A stretch of DNA of 64,000 nucleotides from an uncultured Gemmatimonadaceae bacterium (GTDB lineage: Bacteria; Gemmatimonadota; Gemmatimonadetes; Gemmatimonadales; Gemmatimonadaceae). The position numbers and the translations under genes were made by a program. Below are positions 28,650 to 38,219 of the stretch, piece by piece (within the stretch, counting starts at the first letter, position 1; every line of letters begins with the position of its first letter). The notes under the pieces are model-generated. The model was not told where the DNA came from. It was given only the letters and a program-made list of their open reading frames with translations, and did no database searches. The stretch covers positions 512,001-576,000 of the forward strand of contig CAVUDW010000002.1 in the NCBI GenBank assembly GCA_963740355.1, written 5' to 3'.

Positions 28650-29903
28650 ACCCCGGCGCTCCTTCAGCAGGCACTGATGCGCTACTCGCAGGGCGAGATC
28701 GCGTCGATGTTGGATGTCAACGTCCGTCAGGTCAGGCGGTGGATCGTCGGCGAGAGCAAGCCGAAGTCGGTTTACCTCAGCCTGCTACAGAAGGAGCTAT
28801 CGCCGGAGCCGATCCTTCGCCAGCCCAGCTTCCAGTTCATTGATTTGTTCGCGGGCATCGGTGGTCTCCGTCGCGGTTTCGAGTCAATGGGCGGCGAGTG
28901 TGTCTTTACCAGCGAATGGGACAAGAACTCCGTCCGCACGTACTCAGACAACTTCCCGGATGGGCATGACATCTGGGGCGACATCACGCAGATCGCACCG
29001 GAAGCCATTCCCGAGCACGACATTCTGCTCGGCGGCTTTCCCTGTCAGCCTTTCAGCCTCGCTGGAGTCAGCAAGAAAAACAGTCTTGGCCGAGCCCATG
29101 GCTTTCTCGACAAAGCACAGGGTACGCTGTTCTTCAACGTGCTCAGCATTTTGAAGGCAAAGCGCCCTGCGGGCTTCTTGCTAGAGAACGTGAAGAACCT
29201 GAAGAGTCACGACGGCGGTCGGACTTACCAGGTAATCAGGGGGGCTCTCGAGGAACTGGGGTATCAAGTAGAAGACCGCATCATTGATTCTCGGCCTTGG
29301 GTGCCGCAGCGCCGTGAACGCATCTTTCTGGTGGGCTTCCGGAAACACGTCCAATTCTCATTCGATGAGATGGCGGTACCGAAGCAGGGGCCGACGCTTG
29401 GCTCGATTCTGCATTCGAAGGACGAGGAACCGGAAGGCCACTTCACCAAGACTGTTCGCGGAAAGACGGTCGTGGATGAGCGGTATACGCTGTCCGACCA
29501 TCTCTGGAAATACTTGCAGGACTATGCCGCCAAGCACCGAGCCGCCGGCAATGGCTTCGGCTGCAGTGTTTTCGATGCGAATGACGTCGCTCGGACGTTG
29601 TCGGCTCGGTACCACAAAGACGGCAGCGAGATTCTGATTAAGCAGCACAAGAAGAACCCGCGTCGCCTCACCCCGCGCGAATGCGCACGTCTCATGGGTT
29701 TCGATCGCGTAGGTCGTGAGCCGCACATCATCCCGGAGACCATGTCGGACACCCAGGCGTACCGTCAGTTCGGGAACTCTGTGGTAGTGCCGGTCGTCGA
29801 GGAGATTGCGAAGATCATGGTGCCAAGGATCGTAAGCCCTGAGCGCTATAAGCCCATTCCACGACTACAGCTGGAGTTCCTTGCCACGGGCACCGAGGGC
29901 TGA
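28632..29903 (+). CDS. dcm: DNA (cytosine-5)-methyltransferase with N-terminal HTH
   Basis: FIDLFAGIGG, GFPCQPFS, ENV, QRRERI, TLSARYHKDGSE, QFGNSV; HTH SQGEIASMLDVNVRQVRRW. Confidence 0.93.
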   Translation: MQYTEQTPALLQQALMRYSQGEIASMLDVNVRQVRRWIVGESKPKSVYLSLLQKELSPEPILRQPSFQFIDLFAGIGGLRRGFESMGGECVFTSEWDKNSVRTYSDNFPDGHDIWGDITQIAPEAIPEHDILLGGFPCQPFSLAGVSKKNSLGRAHGFLDKAQGTLFFNVLSILKAKRPAGFLLENVKNLKSHDGGRTYQVIRGALEELGYQVEDRIIDSRPWVPQRRERIFLVGFRKHVQFSFDEMAVPKQGPTLGSILHSKDEEPEGHFTKTVRGKTVVDERYTLSDHLWKYLQDYAAKHRAAGNGFGCSVFDANDVARTLSARYHKDGSEILIKQHKKNPRRLTPRECARLMGFDRVGREPHIIPETMSDTQAYRQFGNSVVVPVVEEIAKIMVPRIVSPERYKPIPRLQLEFLATGTEG

Positions 29904-30312
29904 TCCGCCGGTGTCCGCAGCGCGATCGCGCAATATGGCGGCGATACGCGGAAAGGACACAAAGCCAGAAATGCTCGTGCGGAGCTGGGTGCATCGACGC
30001 GGATTCAGATTCAGGCTACACGCGAAGGGAATGCCTGGTAGCCCTGACCTTGTACTTGCGAGACACCGTACCGTCGTCTTCGTTCACGGCTGCTTCTGGC
30101 ACTCGCACGGCTGCTCGAACTCCGTCGTCCCCCAGACTCGACGCGAGTTCTGGGTAGAGAAGCTCGGCCGCAACGTGGCGCGTGATGCCAAGAATTTTAG
30201 AGAGTTAACAGAACTCGGATGGCGCGTGTTTGTTGTATGGGAGTGCGACCTGAGAAAGCATCCAGAGCGCACGCTCTCGCGGCTGACCGCGCGCCTCTCG
30301 AACACTGACTGA
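29881..30312 (+). CDS. vsr: Very short patch repair endonuclease
   Basis: RSRNMAAIRGKDTKPE, PGSPD, FVHGCFWH, VWEC. Confidence 0.93.
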   Translation: MPRAPRADPPVSAARSRNMAAIRGKDTKPEMLVRSWVHRRGFRFRLHAKGMPGSPDLVLARHRTVVFVHGCFWHSHGCSNSVVPQTRREFWVEKLGRNVARDAKNFRELTELGWRVFVVWECDLRKHPERTLSRLTARLSNTD

Positions 30313-30323
30313 TCCGTATTCAG

Positions 30324-31043
30324 CTACTCCGCCTTTCGAAATCTCTCGAATTCCTTTGGCAGAAGCTTGAGCAGTCTATCCATCGGCATCGCGTAGATAT
30401 CGAAGGTGAGATCTAGCTGCATAAGAACTTCGGCAAGCCGGCGCGGGGAGCCGCGCCCTGCGCCACCAGAGCCTTTCTTCCTACGACCAGTCGACTGGTC
30501 AACGTAGAGAGAGTTCGAGAGCGACAAAACCGTGGCAGAAGTGGCGAGTTCCATTCGAGACGCGATTTGCTCGTAGATCTCGCCTGGCTTGTGCAGGCTG
30601 CCGCCAAGGAGCGCACGTGCCCGTTCGGGATTGTCGCGATGCGCCGTGAGGATCTGCCACGGGCCTGCCAACAGATGCCGGTAGTACGTGCGATAATCCG
30701 TGCCAGTAGGTACGTATCGAGCGCGCTGGCCCAGCTTTCTGACGCCGTTGCTTGTCGGGCATACTTGGTCGAAGTACACGAGAGTGAGCCACGCCCACAT
30801 GCCAGAATCCGCCTGAACACGAATATCGGGAGCGTTGCCCATCAGGCTGAGGGAATACGTTGCCCAATCAAAACGCGTCTCAAACACACGCGGCTCTGCG
30901 ATGTCGCCATAGCCAGTTGACTCAACCAGCGCGCCTGGATTCACGAGCTCTTCTGGCACGCTTGTCGCTCTCTCATTCTGAATCGCATCGAGCCAGCGAT
31001 TCATTTCGGCAATGCCTTTAGGACGCAGTCTGTTTAGGCTCAC
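30324..31043 (-). CDS. Hypothetical protein, third gene of the GHKL operon
   Basis: 239-aa ORF with a 4-bp overlap with the upstream gene; WAWLTLVYF and YYRHLLAGPW segments. Confidence 0.75.
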   Translation of the reverse strand: MSLNRLRPKGIAEMNRWLDAIQNERATSVPEELVNPGALVESTGYGDIAEPRVFETRFDWATYSLSLMGNAPDIRVQADSGMWAWLTLVYFDQVCPTSNGVRKLGQRARYVPTGTDYRTYYRHLLAGPWQILTAHRDNPERARALLGGSLHKPGEIYEQIASRMELATSATVLSLSNSLYVDQSTGRRKKGSGGAGRGSPRRLAEVLMQLDLTFDIYAMPMDRLLKLLPKEFERFRKAE

Positions 31044-31801
31044 GCATCACTTCCATCAGTCAGTGTAGCGCCGTACTTCTCGGCGAATCGCTGTTGGCGG
31101 CAGAAGGCTTTCACTGCATCCTCAACCCAGTCCGCTCGGGCATCGTCAGAGGAGTCGGCATCAGGAACGTCACATACTCCAGGCAAACGAATGGCGAACG
31201 CTGTCCAGTCCGAATGCCAGTCCTTTTCGTCGGAGTCAAGATCTTCGAGCGCCTTGGACAGTATGCGTCGAAATAGCTCAGGATACACGAGGCTCCGAAA
31301 CGCAACCGACTGGACCGCCTGCCTCCAATCACCAAGGCGATTGTTCACCACAAGCGTTGGTCCGGCTCGAGTTTCGTCGAAGTCCAGCCGCCACGTTGCT
31401 TCATCAAGATCGTCGCCACGCGTGTTCAACAAGGACCGGCGCCCTGCATCGCGCGGGTCGGCGCTCGTCACCGGAACGCGGTCGGCCTCAGCCCAGATTC
31501 GACCGTCTTCGCGGCCTCCACTCAGGATCTTGACCCTGAATTGAACTCCGTCTGGGTCACCGAACGCGTCAAGCCTGCACGCGGTCGCCGCTCGGACAAA
31601 GCCAACCGTTCCGAATTCATACCTCCGCCAAGTCGTCTGGCGGTAGGCTTCAACGACTACCAAGCACTCCGACGGTAGCGCGTAGCTCGACAGGTTAATC
31701 TTCGCATCGAACGCAGCACTGTCTGCATCGCGAACGATTGTAATTCCAACGTCCGCGCGCTCAATTCGCTTCCGGTTCGTCCAGTTAAGTCGCTGGGGCA
31801 T
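31040..31801 (-). CDS. Hypothetical protein, second gene of the GHKL operon
   Basis: 253-aa ORF overlapping both neighbours; beta-rich N-half and helical Trp-rich C-half. Confidence 0.75.
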   Translation of the reverse strand: MPQRLNWTNRKRIERADVGITIVRDADSAAFDAKINLSSYALPSECLVVVEAYRQTTWRRYEFGTVGFVRAATACRLDAFGDPDGVQFRVKILSGGREDGRIWAEADRVPVTSADPRDAGRRSLLNTRGDDLDEATWRLDFDETRAGPTLVVNNRLGDWRQAVQSVAFRSLVYPELFRRILSKALEDLDSDEKDWHSDWTAFAIRLPGVCDVPDADSSDDARADWVEDAVKAFCRQQRFAEKYGATLTDGSDA

Positions 31802-33713
31802 CGAGCTCCCCGGTGGTAGCGATTCTGAGTGCCAGATCGCGGTTCATGTCAAACCCGATGATGGAGACACGGAAGTCCGGATCCGTAACCTCGTATCTCA
31901 CTTTGTTCTCGCTTACAGTGAGCGCGCGGAGCCCATGGATATCAGTTGGATCGCCGACGCCGTCTCGCATGAGCAGGAAATCGGCAGGATCGTACTTCGC
32001 AAACGGATCACCGCGCCTGACGTCGTAAGCAACCGAAATCTCGAGCTCGGCCGGGATCTGAGCACCTTCGGCGCCCGCAGTGATCGTGAATCCTCCCCGC
32101 ACCTTGGTCAGGCTGAAACGACGCGGCTTCGCGGGAGGGATGACCACGGGCGGGGGATCATTCTCGCCCTTCTTGCGTGGCGTTGGTGAGGGGCGCACCG
32201 GTCGCGAAGGATCTGGGGCCTCTGGGAGCGAGAAAAAGTCCGCAAGAATGTCCGGAGCGCTGTCGTCCTCATTCTCTTCGATCATTCGAACGAGCTTCTG
32301 AACGCTCGAGCGCACGAAGTTGAGATAACCCGGCCCAAACTTGTACTTGTCCTTAAAGTTTCCGGTGTCGGGCCGCCACTCGGTATGCGCCGGATTCTCG
32401 GCATCGCCCAGGAGGTCGGCAAGTGCCTTATCCTTGCACACGACGAGCGATCGAACGCCACGCGCCTTTTCGCCCTTCGCCTCACTGACTATCACGCCCT
32501 CCCGGACAAAGACGGGCCGGCCGCTATCGTACGCCGCGTCCCGAATCAGGAATACGTCGAAGTGCGAGTGACGTTCGTCTGCGAACTTGGGCCGAACAAC
32601 AATCGGAACCCTCAGCGCAACTGGATCGCCAGCGTCAAGCGAGGCTCGCACCCGAGTCTTGGACTCTTCATCGAGCATTGCTTCGTTCCACTTTGGGCTA
32701 TTGTTCTGGTCGGGAGGACCACAAAGGACAGCGGACCGCCCCGCATCCGAGAAGGCGAACCGAGTAAGGTTGACCAGCGGCTCCAGTTCTCGTCGATCAT
32801 CCGCGTCGAGCCGTGATATCTCTCCGTCGAGTGAATCACGATTCAGCGTCATAGTACCCGCTGGATCCGTGATCTCAATTTCTAGTTCGCCAGCCATAAG
32901 GCAGTAGAACCAGTCACGAATTGCCGCGTCGACCAAAGCTGCCTTCGTAATGTCGTCATCATACCAAGGCACGACCAACGACAGTCCTGGTTCATCGCGC
33001 CGCTTAAGGCGGAAAGTCTCGCGGAATTTTGCGATGAGGTCGCGATCGTCCGACGGCGCCGTAATCATGCCATCTGCGAGAACGACCTTCGATCCGAGAT
33101 AACCATCGGGAACGTGATAGCCCTCTGACGTCCTGTGCGACTTCAAGATGCATCGGCCCAGCAGGAGCGACTGGCGATCGCTTTCGCGAATAGTCCAACC
33201 GACAAACGCACTGCCTTTGCTAGCGCGAGGGAAGACGAATTTCCCGATCCCCCACCGTCCGCGACGGCCCCCGTCCGATTTGGCATTTTCGCCCTCGGCG
33301 CGGAAGAAAGCGAAGAACCCATTTCGCGTACCCTCGATCCGGTGCCACTGGAGCGGGTCGCCTTCGAGCCCCGTCGTTCCGAAATCCTCAAAGGTCAGGA
33401 ACTGACAAGGCTTCGTAATGTCGGGACGCCGGTTGGGCTGGATGCCATTGCCTGCAGCATCCAGATGCGGTCGCAATTTGCCAAAGAGGGCCGACGCTTT
33501 GGTCGCTGACGCTGCCCACTCTGGCCCAGAGATCAGGATCCGGACCTTGGCCATTCCGCTGCCTACGCGCGCATCCATCGTATTTTGGACGCCTTCCCGA
33601 ACTAACGCTTCCGCAGAATTTCGGATTGCTTCCGTGGCGAAGAACTCACCGCTGATCGGGTCGCGGGTGGTGTCGTCGGGCTGCTTCTTTTTAAAAGACC
33701 AATGAGCCGACAT
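31785..33713 (-). CDS. Divergent GHKL (MORC/Hsp90/MutL-fold) ATPase domain protein
   Basis: REGVQNTMDA (ExxxNxxDA), EDFGTTGL (DxG) and GRWGIGK (GxxGxG) motifs; Pro-rich linker and C-terminal beta domain. Confidence 0.72.
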   Translation of the reverse strand: MSAHWSFKKKQPDDTTRDPISGEFFATEAIRNSAEALVREGVQNTMDARVGSGMAKVRILISGPEWAASATKASALFGKLRPHLDAAGNGIQPNRRPDITKPCQFLTFEDFGTTGLEGDPLQWHRIEGTRNGFFAFFRAEGENAKSDGGRRGRWGIGKFVFPRASKGSAFVGWTIRESDRQSLLLGRCILKSHRTSEGYHVPDGYLGSKVVLADGMITAPSDDRDLIAKFRETFRLKRRDEPGLSLVVPWYDDDITKAALVDAAIRDWFYCLMAGELEIEITDPAGTMTLNRDSLDGEISRLDADDRRELEPLVNLTRFAFSDAGRSAVLCGPPDQNNSPKWNEAMLDEESKTRVRASLDAGDPVALRVPIVVRPKFADERHSHFDVFLIRDAAYDSGRPVFVREGVIVSEAKGEKARGVRSLVVCKDKALADLLGDAENPAHTEWRPDTGNFKDKYKFGPGYLNFVRSSVQKLVRMIEENEDDSAPDILADFFSLPEAPDPSRPVRPSPTPRKKGENDPPPVVIPPAKPRRFSLTKVRGGFTITAGAEGAQIPAELEISVAYDVRRGDPFAKYDPADFLLMRDGVGDPTDIHGLRALTVSENKVRYEVTDPDFRVSIIGFDMNRDLALRIATTGELDAPAT

Positions 33714-33851
33714 TGCGAAATTTGACTTCGTTTGCGTGCGTGCAGCTGTGAACGACCGGATGATGGTCGCTGTACACAATCAGCTGGAGGGAAGGCATGC
33801 CGTCGCAGACGGTTACACAGACGCTACTCTGCGATCATTTCTGAGCTACGC

Positions 33852-34076
33852 TCAAAGTACCTTGCGCTTGACCTTCATTCGCTGCTTCTGTCCTCCCGCA
33901 TTGTGTCGCGCCGAAATTATCAAGTGTGCGGTATGAGCAAATTCTGTTGCAGTCTGGGCGCCGTTCACCGCAGATCGATTCAGATACTCTAGGATCTCGT
34001 CCGGTGTAAGCGCTTGAGCGCCGCTCAACAGCGGATCCAGGACGAAGAAGTTGCGAATCCTTCGAATTAGCGTCAC
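33852..34076 (-). CDS. Small hypothetical protein
   Basis: 74 aa; GTGA overlap with the upstream stop and AAAGGGGG RBS. Confidence 0.45.
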   Translation of the reverse strand: MTLIRRIRNFFVLDPLLSGAQALTPDEILEYLNRSAVNGAQTATEFAHTAHLIISARHNAGGQKQRMKVKRKVL

Positions 34077-35026
34077 GTTCCCCCCTTTATGAGTTGACCG
34101 TTCGCAGTCGAAATTGTGAGTCTATCGAATAGCGTGGAATATACCTGCGCCAGATGTTCACTGATTGCTTTCATGCTGTCAACGTGCCTTCCATCCAATA
34201 CGCGGCCCGAACGGGATGTCAGAAATAGCAATCCGATCAAATCCTTCCGATCGCCCATCCAACCGACGAGAGGAGCGACTGCAAGTGCCTTAATGTCGTC
34301 GGGAAAAAGCCTATCGTTCTGAGTCATGACATACGCACCTTTCCGAGTCGCTGCAGCCAGATCGGGAATGAAAATGACGCCTTGGCATGGCACGTCTCCA
34401 GATCTAAAGAAGTTGGGAATGCCTTGATCAATCGGGATGGGCTCGCTTGTCGCGGATCGCGCTCGATTCAGTTTGCTGGAGCGTCCGAAGGTCACATACT
34501 GCGTGATCGTGCTTGGCCGCGATTTGTCGACAACCGCAATTCGGACGGCGCAGCCCGTCGTTTCGTCACCCGCCAGCCGACTGAAATGATTGGCAATCGA
34601 CTCACAGATTCCGTTAGAGTAGTCCAGAAGATGTTTGCGCTCATGCGGTGATATTTCAGCCTGTGCGCGAGGCGCCGCTGACTGGCGTTCGAACAAGTCT
34701 ACGATCATATCTCGCGAAGCAGACATGATGAGATGCATGTCTTTCTTCAGGGCGACAGAGCGTCGTGTGCGATTTCGAATCAGAAAGAAAACTGCGCTCA
34801 AAACCGTAATGGCAACTATGAAGCTGAATACGAACAAGTAGCGAGTGGGGAGCGTCACAGCCGCAGGCAACGAATCTGGCCACCAAAAGGGAGTGCCGAG
34901 TACAGGAAGGCCCAAAATTGCTGGGACCACCTGCGCACGCAGCCGGCTGAAAAATCCGCGCATCCCCACATTCCACGAACTCTCCCCGTCAATCCAGTGC
35001 GTTACATCATTCTTAGCAGGCATCAA
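34073..35026 (-). CDS. Membrane protein with N-terminal TM helices and a C-terminal GAF-like domain
   Basis: Two hydrophobic segments; IPDL...IKALAVAPL...LIGLLFLTS...AISEHLA GAF-like pattern; start uncertain. Confidence 0.6.
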   Translation of the reverse strand: MMPAKNDVTHWIDGESSWNVGMRGFFSRLRAQVVPAILGLPVLGTPFWWPDSLPAAVTLPTRYLFVFSFIVAITVLSAVFFLIRNRTRRSVALKKDMHLIMSASRDMIVDLFERQSAAPRAQAEISPHERKHLLDYSNGICESIANHFSRLAGDETTGCAVRIAVVDKSRPSTITQYVTFGRSSKLNRARSATSEPIPIDQGIPNFFRSGDVPCQGVIFIPDLAAATRKGAYVMTQNDRLFPDDIKALAVAPLVGWMGDRKDLIGLLFLTSRSGRVLDGRHVDSMKAISEHLAQVYSTLFDRLTISTANGQLIKGGT

Positions 35027-35189
35027 GTGTTTCTAGGTCCGAGCGGCGCGTAAAGCTTCGAGTTCGGGGCATAGTAGCCGGAAGTAAACCGGAACTGCTG
35101 CTCGAAAGAGCGCGGCCGCACACGGGACGTCAAGTGTCCAGAGTGCTACACCGCGACAGTAGCGGCGCGGGACGCAGCTGTCGAACTAG

Positions 35190-36443
35190 TCCGTGTAGGT
35201 TACTGCAAGCGCCCAGGGAAGCTTGGAAATGACCCCAAGTAGCGGCAAGCGCTCATGTGGCCACGCCGAAACGCAGGATCGTGCGCATCTGCACGAGGTT
35301 GTACGCGGCGTTCGTGGAGGCGAACACCCTTCGCCCGTGGCGTACCCCCGGTGGTGCAGTTTCCGTAGCCCGCCAATGGTCTTGGCCCACCCGCACACTT
35401 CCTCGACGAGCTTCCGCTTCACCTGACTGATCGCGTAGCCGGCATGGCGCGTCGTGATCATCGATGGCACTCTTGGCCTCGCGGGAATGGAGGTTATGCG
35501 CGACCGGCGGGGTGATGCAACACGCGCGCGTGGCCGCGACAAAGGCTGGACGGTCATAGTTTTTTTCTCCGCTCAGCGTCAATCGTCGCTGCCGGGCGGG
35601 TATGCATGCCGAGCATGGCGACGGCCGCATCCGGTTCCGCGTCGTAGCTTGGCGCGCAGACATCCGTCGCCACGATCAGCCCATGCCGGTTGTCAATCGG
35701 CACACTGCCGAGATCCCCGAGAATTCTCGCCGTCCTGTTGCGCTTGCGAACAAAGGCGCGCCTCGGGAACCGGCATCGACTGATGGCTCGCGCTCGCGCG
35801 CTTTTCCTTCCGGATATTGAACGTCGGATTCTTCGGATCGCCATCCGACGGGAGCGGAGTCGGATCGTCCTACGGCCGCAGACTCTTGCGACTCGCCCAC
35901 TAGTCGAGCAGCATCTCGGAGACGGTGAAGTCCTCGTGCGGGAGCAACCGTCGCTCGTCCGCGGCACGCGGCAATTCCGCCATAAAGGCGTCGGCGATGT
36001 GCCCCGCGATCAGGCGATTCCGATTTCTCCTGAACACCGCCGGGCCCCAAGTGGCGTCATCGGGACTAGTGCCGACGAACCAGCGGAACAGTAGGTTGCA
36101 ATTGAGTTGCTCCATCAGCTGCCGCTCGCTCGGCACGGGAGACGGCACCTGCAGGAGTGGGGCGCGGAGCAAGCGCTCGGGAGGGATCGACGGGCGGCAA
36201 ATCTTCGAGTAGAGCGCCTCGAATTTGGGCGACTGCGCCCCTTAGGATCGGGTTGACGAGCGCATGGATCGTCCGGAGAGGATGGTCGGAGGGAATGCGG
36301 TCTTCGGCCCACACATAGCTGGAAAAGGTCGGCTGCGTCGCGTCGGCCCACTCATGGCTCGGTGCCAGAAAGAGTCGACAACAACTGCTGGAAGCCTCAG
36401 GCCAGCGCGGCGGAAATCGGGCAACTTTTTCAGCAACCTGCTA
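35190..36443 (-). mobile_element. Decayed IS5-family insertion sequence (frameshifted transposase)
   Basis: Fragments EDRIPSDHPLR, SERQLMEQLNCNLLFRWFVG and RKLVEEVCGWAKTIGGLRK in different frames; IR-like TAGCAGGTTGCTGAAAAA (- strand) at 36443-36426; other end degenerate. Confidence 0.8.
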
Positions 36444-38219
36444 AGACAGTGCTTTTCTGCGATCGAAGAAGTGCCGAAGTAGAATCACTGGTATCGGTTC
36501 GACTCCGAGTGTTTCAGCGCTCAGCTCATGAGTGACTCCATCGAAAACTTGTGCTGAGGGAACTGCAAGAACTAGCCCCGCGTCTTTCAGCTTTTGCTCA
36601 TCCGCATCCCACGCAATCAACAAGTGAATATCCTCGAGATACTTCTTTTCTGTCGCCAGATCCGCGATCAGTGAATCAAGCGAATACTTGAACTCAATAA
36701 GCGTTCTCAGCGGAGCTTGGCCGTCATTCAGGTAGTGCGTGTGAGCATCGTAGCGGTGGCCATATCCAGTCGTCAGCGTTCGGTATCGCGTGAGAATGCC
36801 GGCGCCTATCAACTCGTGAAAAATTGCGGCCACGGCGGCTTCCTGAGCGTCTGGGGCTTTTCCGTAGCGCAACTTCGGCTCCGCAAGGTCGACCAAGCCC
36901 TCTGCTCGCGCCCACTCAGCGGCGATGATGCTCTGCCGTTCCGCCTTCGAGATTTTTGGAGCAGATGGCTCAATTGTTTCGTCACCCTGATATCGCGCAA
37001 TTTCCTCGAACTTCAGGAACATGTCCCTTACCGCAGCCTGAAGCTTTCGCACCTGAGTGTAGTGCAAAGATTTCCGCCCGAGATCAAATTTCAGCTTCTT
37101 TGACTCGACCATGAAGAAGCAGCGCTTGTAGTACGCCGGGTATCTGCCTCCCTCAGGTATTGGGAGACTCATAGCCGTGGGCATTCCCTTCGTGGCAACA
37201 AAGACACCGCTTCTGAAGAGAACGTCGTCACTGCTGGTATCTGTCGGTTCCGGAAGCAGAAGCGTGTCTCGGGACAGGATTTTGAAGGCGTCGTTCTCGG
37301 GGAACATCACGCCATATACGCAAACCTCCCAAGACCCCTCTTTCACTGTTTGCGTGTGCCAAACAGTCTTCGATCCAACAAGCTTCTTTCTAAGTGCTAC
37401 GTCCGACATTGGCACAAAAGCGTTGCGTACGTCTTGGAGAGCAATCCGATTGCTTGTCTTGACGAGAAGATGTGGGGCGTGAAAGTGAGCTTCAGTTGAC
37501 TCCAGAGAGTTTTCGCCTGGTAAGGCCAAGTCAATGTAGGCATCGAACTCAGATAGCGTCTCCGGATCGTACAAGTTCGTGGTTACGCCAACCGCGGTGC
37601 GGGTGCGAATGAGGTACCGTAGCTCGCTCTTGGTCATCGCGAAAAGATTGCGGTCATTCGACGACGGCATAACATGCGATACTGTTATCCGAGAGAACGA
37701 GTTCATCGGATACGCCTTGTCGCAGATAGCAATTGACGCTGGGTAGGCGCGTTCTTCAGAGAAGGGTGCGTAGACTGGGCGGGGAACGCTGGAGTCGTCT
37801 GTTGCGAGCCATTGCTGGGCATTTGCAACCCTTCCGCCAGCTATCGCACTGCCAACGGTACGGCTTTCAATTTCAAATTCGTTTCCTGAAAAGATTGCAT
37901 ACGTCAGTCCGACACCCTTCTCTCCAACCTCCTTCGTGTCACCGTCTTTATCGCCTCCACCAGGTGCTAGTACTTCTTGGATCTTGCTTGCGGGAATTCC
38001 GATACCGTTATCTGTGACTTGAATCAGTGATTTGCTGGCGTCGATCCTTACGTGAACGAAGAAGGGTCCAGTTACGCCGCCGTCCTTCGCACGGGTAATC
38101 GCGTCACGCGAATTCTGGAGCATTTCTGCCAACAGATCCCAGTAGTGGTGGTAGCTGTCCCTAAGGCCGCGAAGTTCTTTCTTGATCGCGCGATCGTTTC
38201 GCTCATTCAGAAAATCCAT
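36441..38219 (-). CDS. GHKL ATPase fused to a C-terminal PD-(D/E)XK-like nuclease domain
   Basis: EMLQNSRDA, DNGIGI and GEKGVGL; C-terminal EAAVAAIF...YDA...IEFKY...LLIAW. Confidence 0.78.
   Translation of the reverse strand: MDFLNERNDRAIKKELRGLRDSYHHYWDLLAEMLQNSRDAITRAKDGGVTGPFFVHVRIDASKSLIQVTDNGIGIPASKIQEVLAPGGGDKDGDTKEVGEKGVGLTYAIFSGNEFEIESRTVGSAIAGGRVANAQQWLATDDSSVPRPVYAPFSEERAYPASIAICDKAYPMNSFSRITVSHVMPSSNDRNLFAMTKSELRYLIRTRTAVGVTTNLYDPETLSEFDAYIDLALPGENSLESTEAHFHAPHLLVKTSNRIALQDVRNAFVPMSDVALRKKLVGSKTVWHTQTVKEGSWEVCVYGVMFPENDAFKILSRDTLLLPEPTDTSSDDVLFRSGVFVATKGMPTAMSLPIPEGGRYPAYYKRCFFMVESKKLKFDLGRKSLHYTQVRKLQAAVRDMFLKFEEIARYQGDETIEPSAPKISKAERQSIIAAEWARAEGLVDLAEPKLRYGKAPDAQEAAVAAIFHELIGAGILTRYRTLTTGYGHRYDAHTHYLNDGQAPLRTLIEFKYSLDSLIADLATEKKYLEDIHLLIAWDADEQKLKDAGLVLAVPSAQVFDGVTHELSAETLGVEPIPVILLRHFFDRRKALS

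Noticed and set aside
34938..34956. IS inverted repeat GCAGCCGGCTGAAAAA
   Set aside because: Partial match inside an apparently intact CDS and too far from the transposase end; likely chance.
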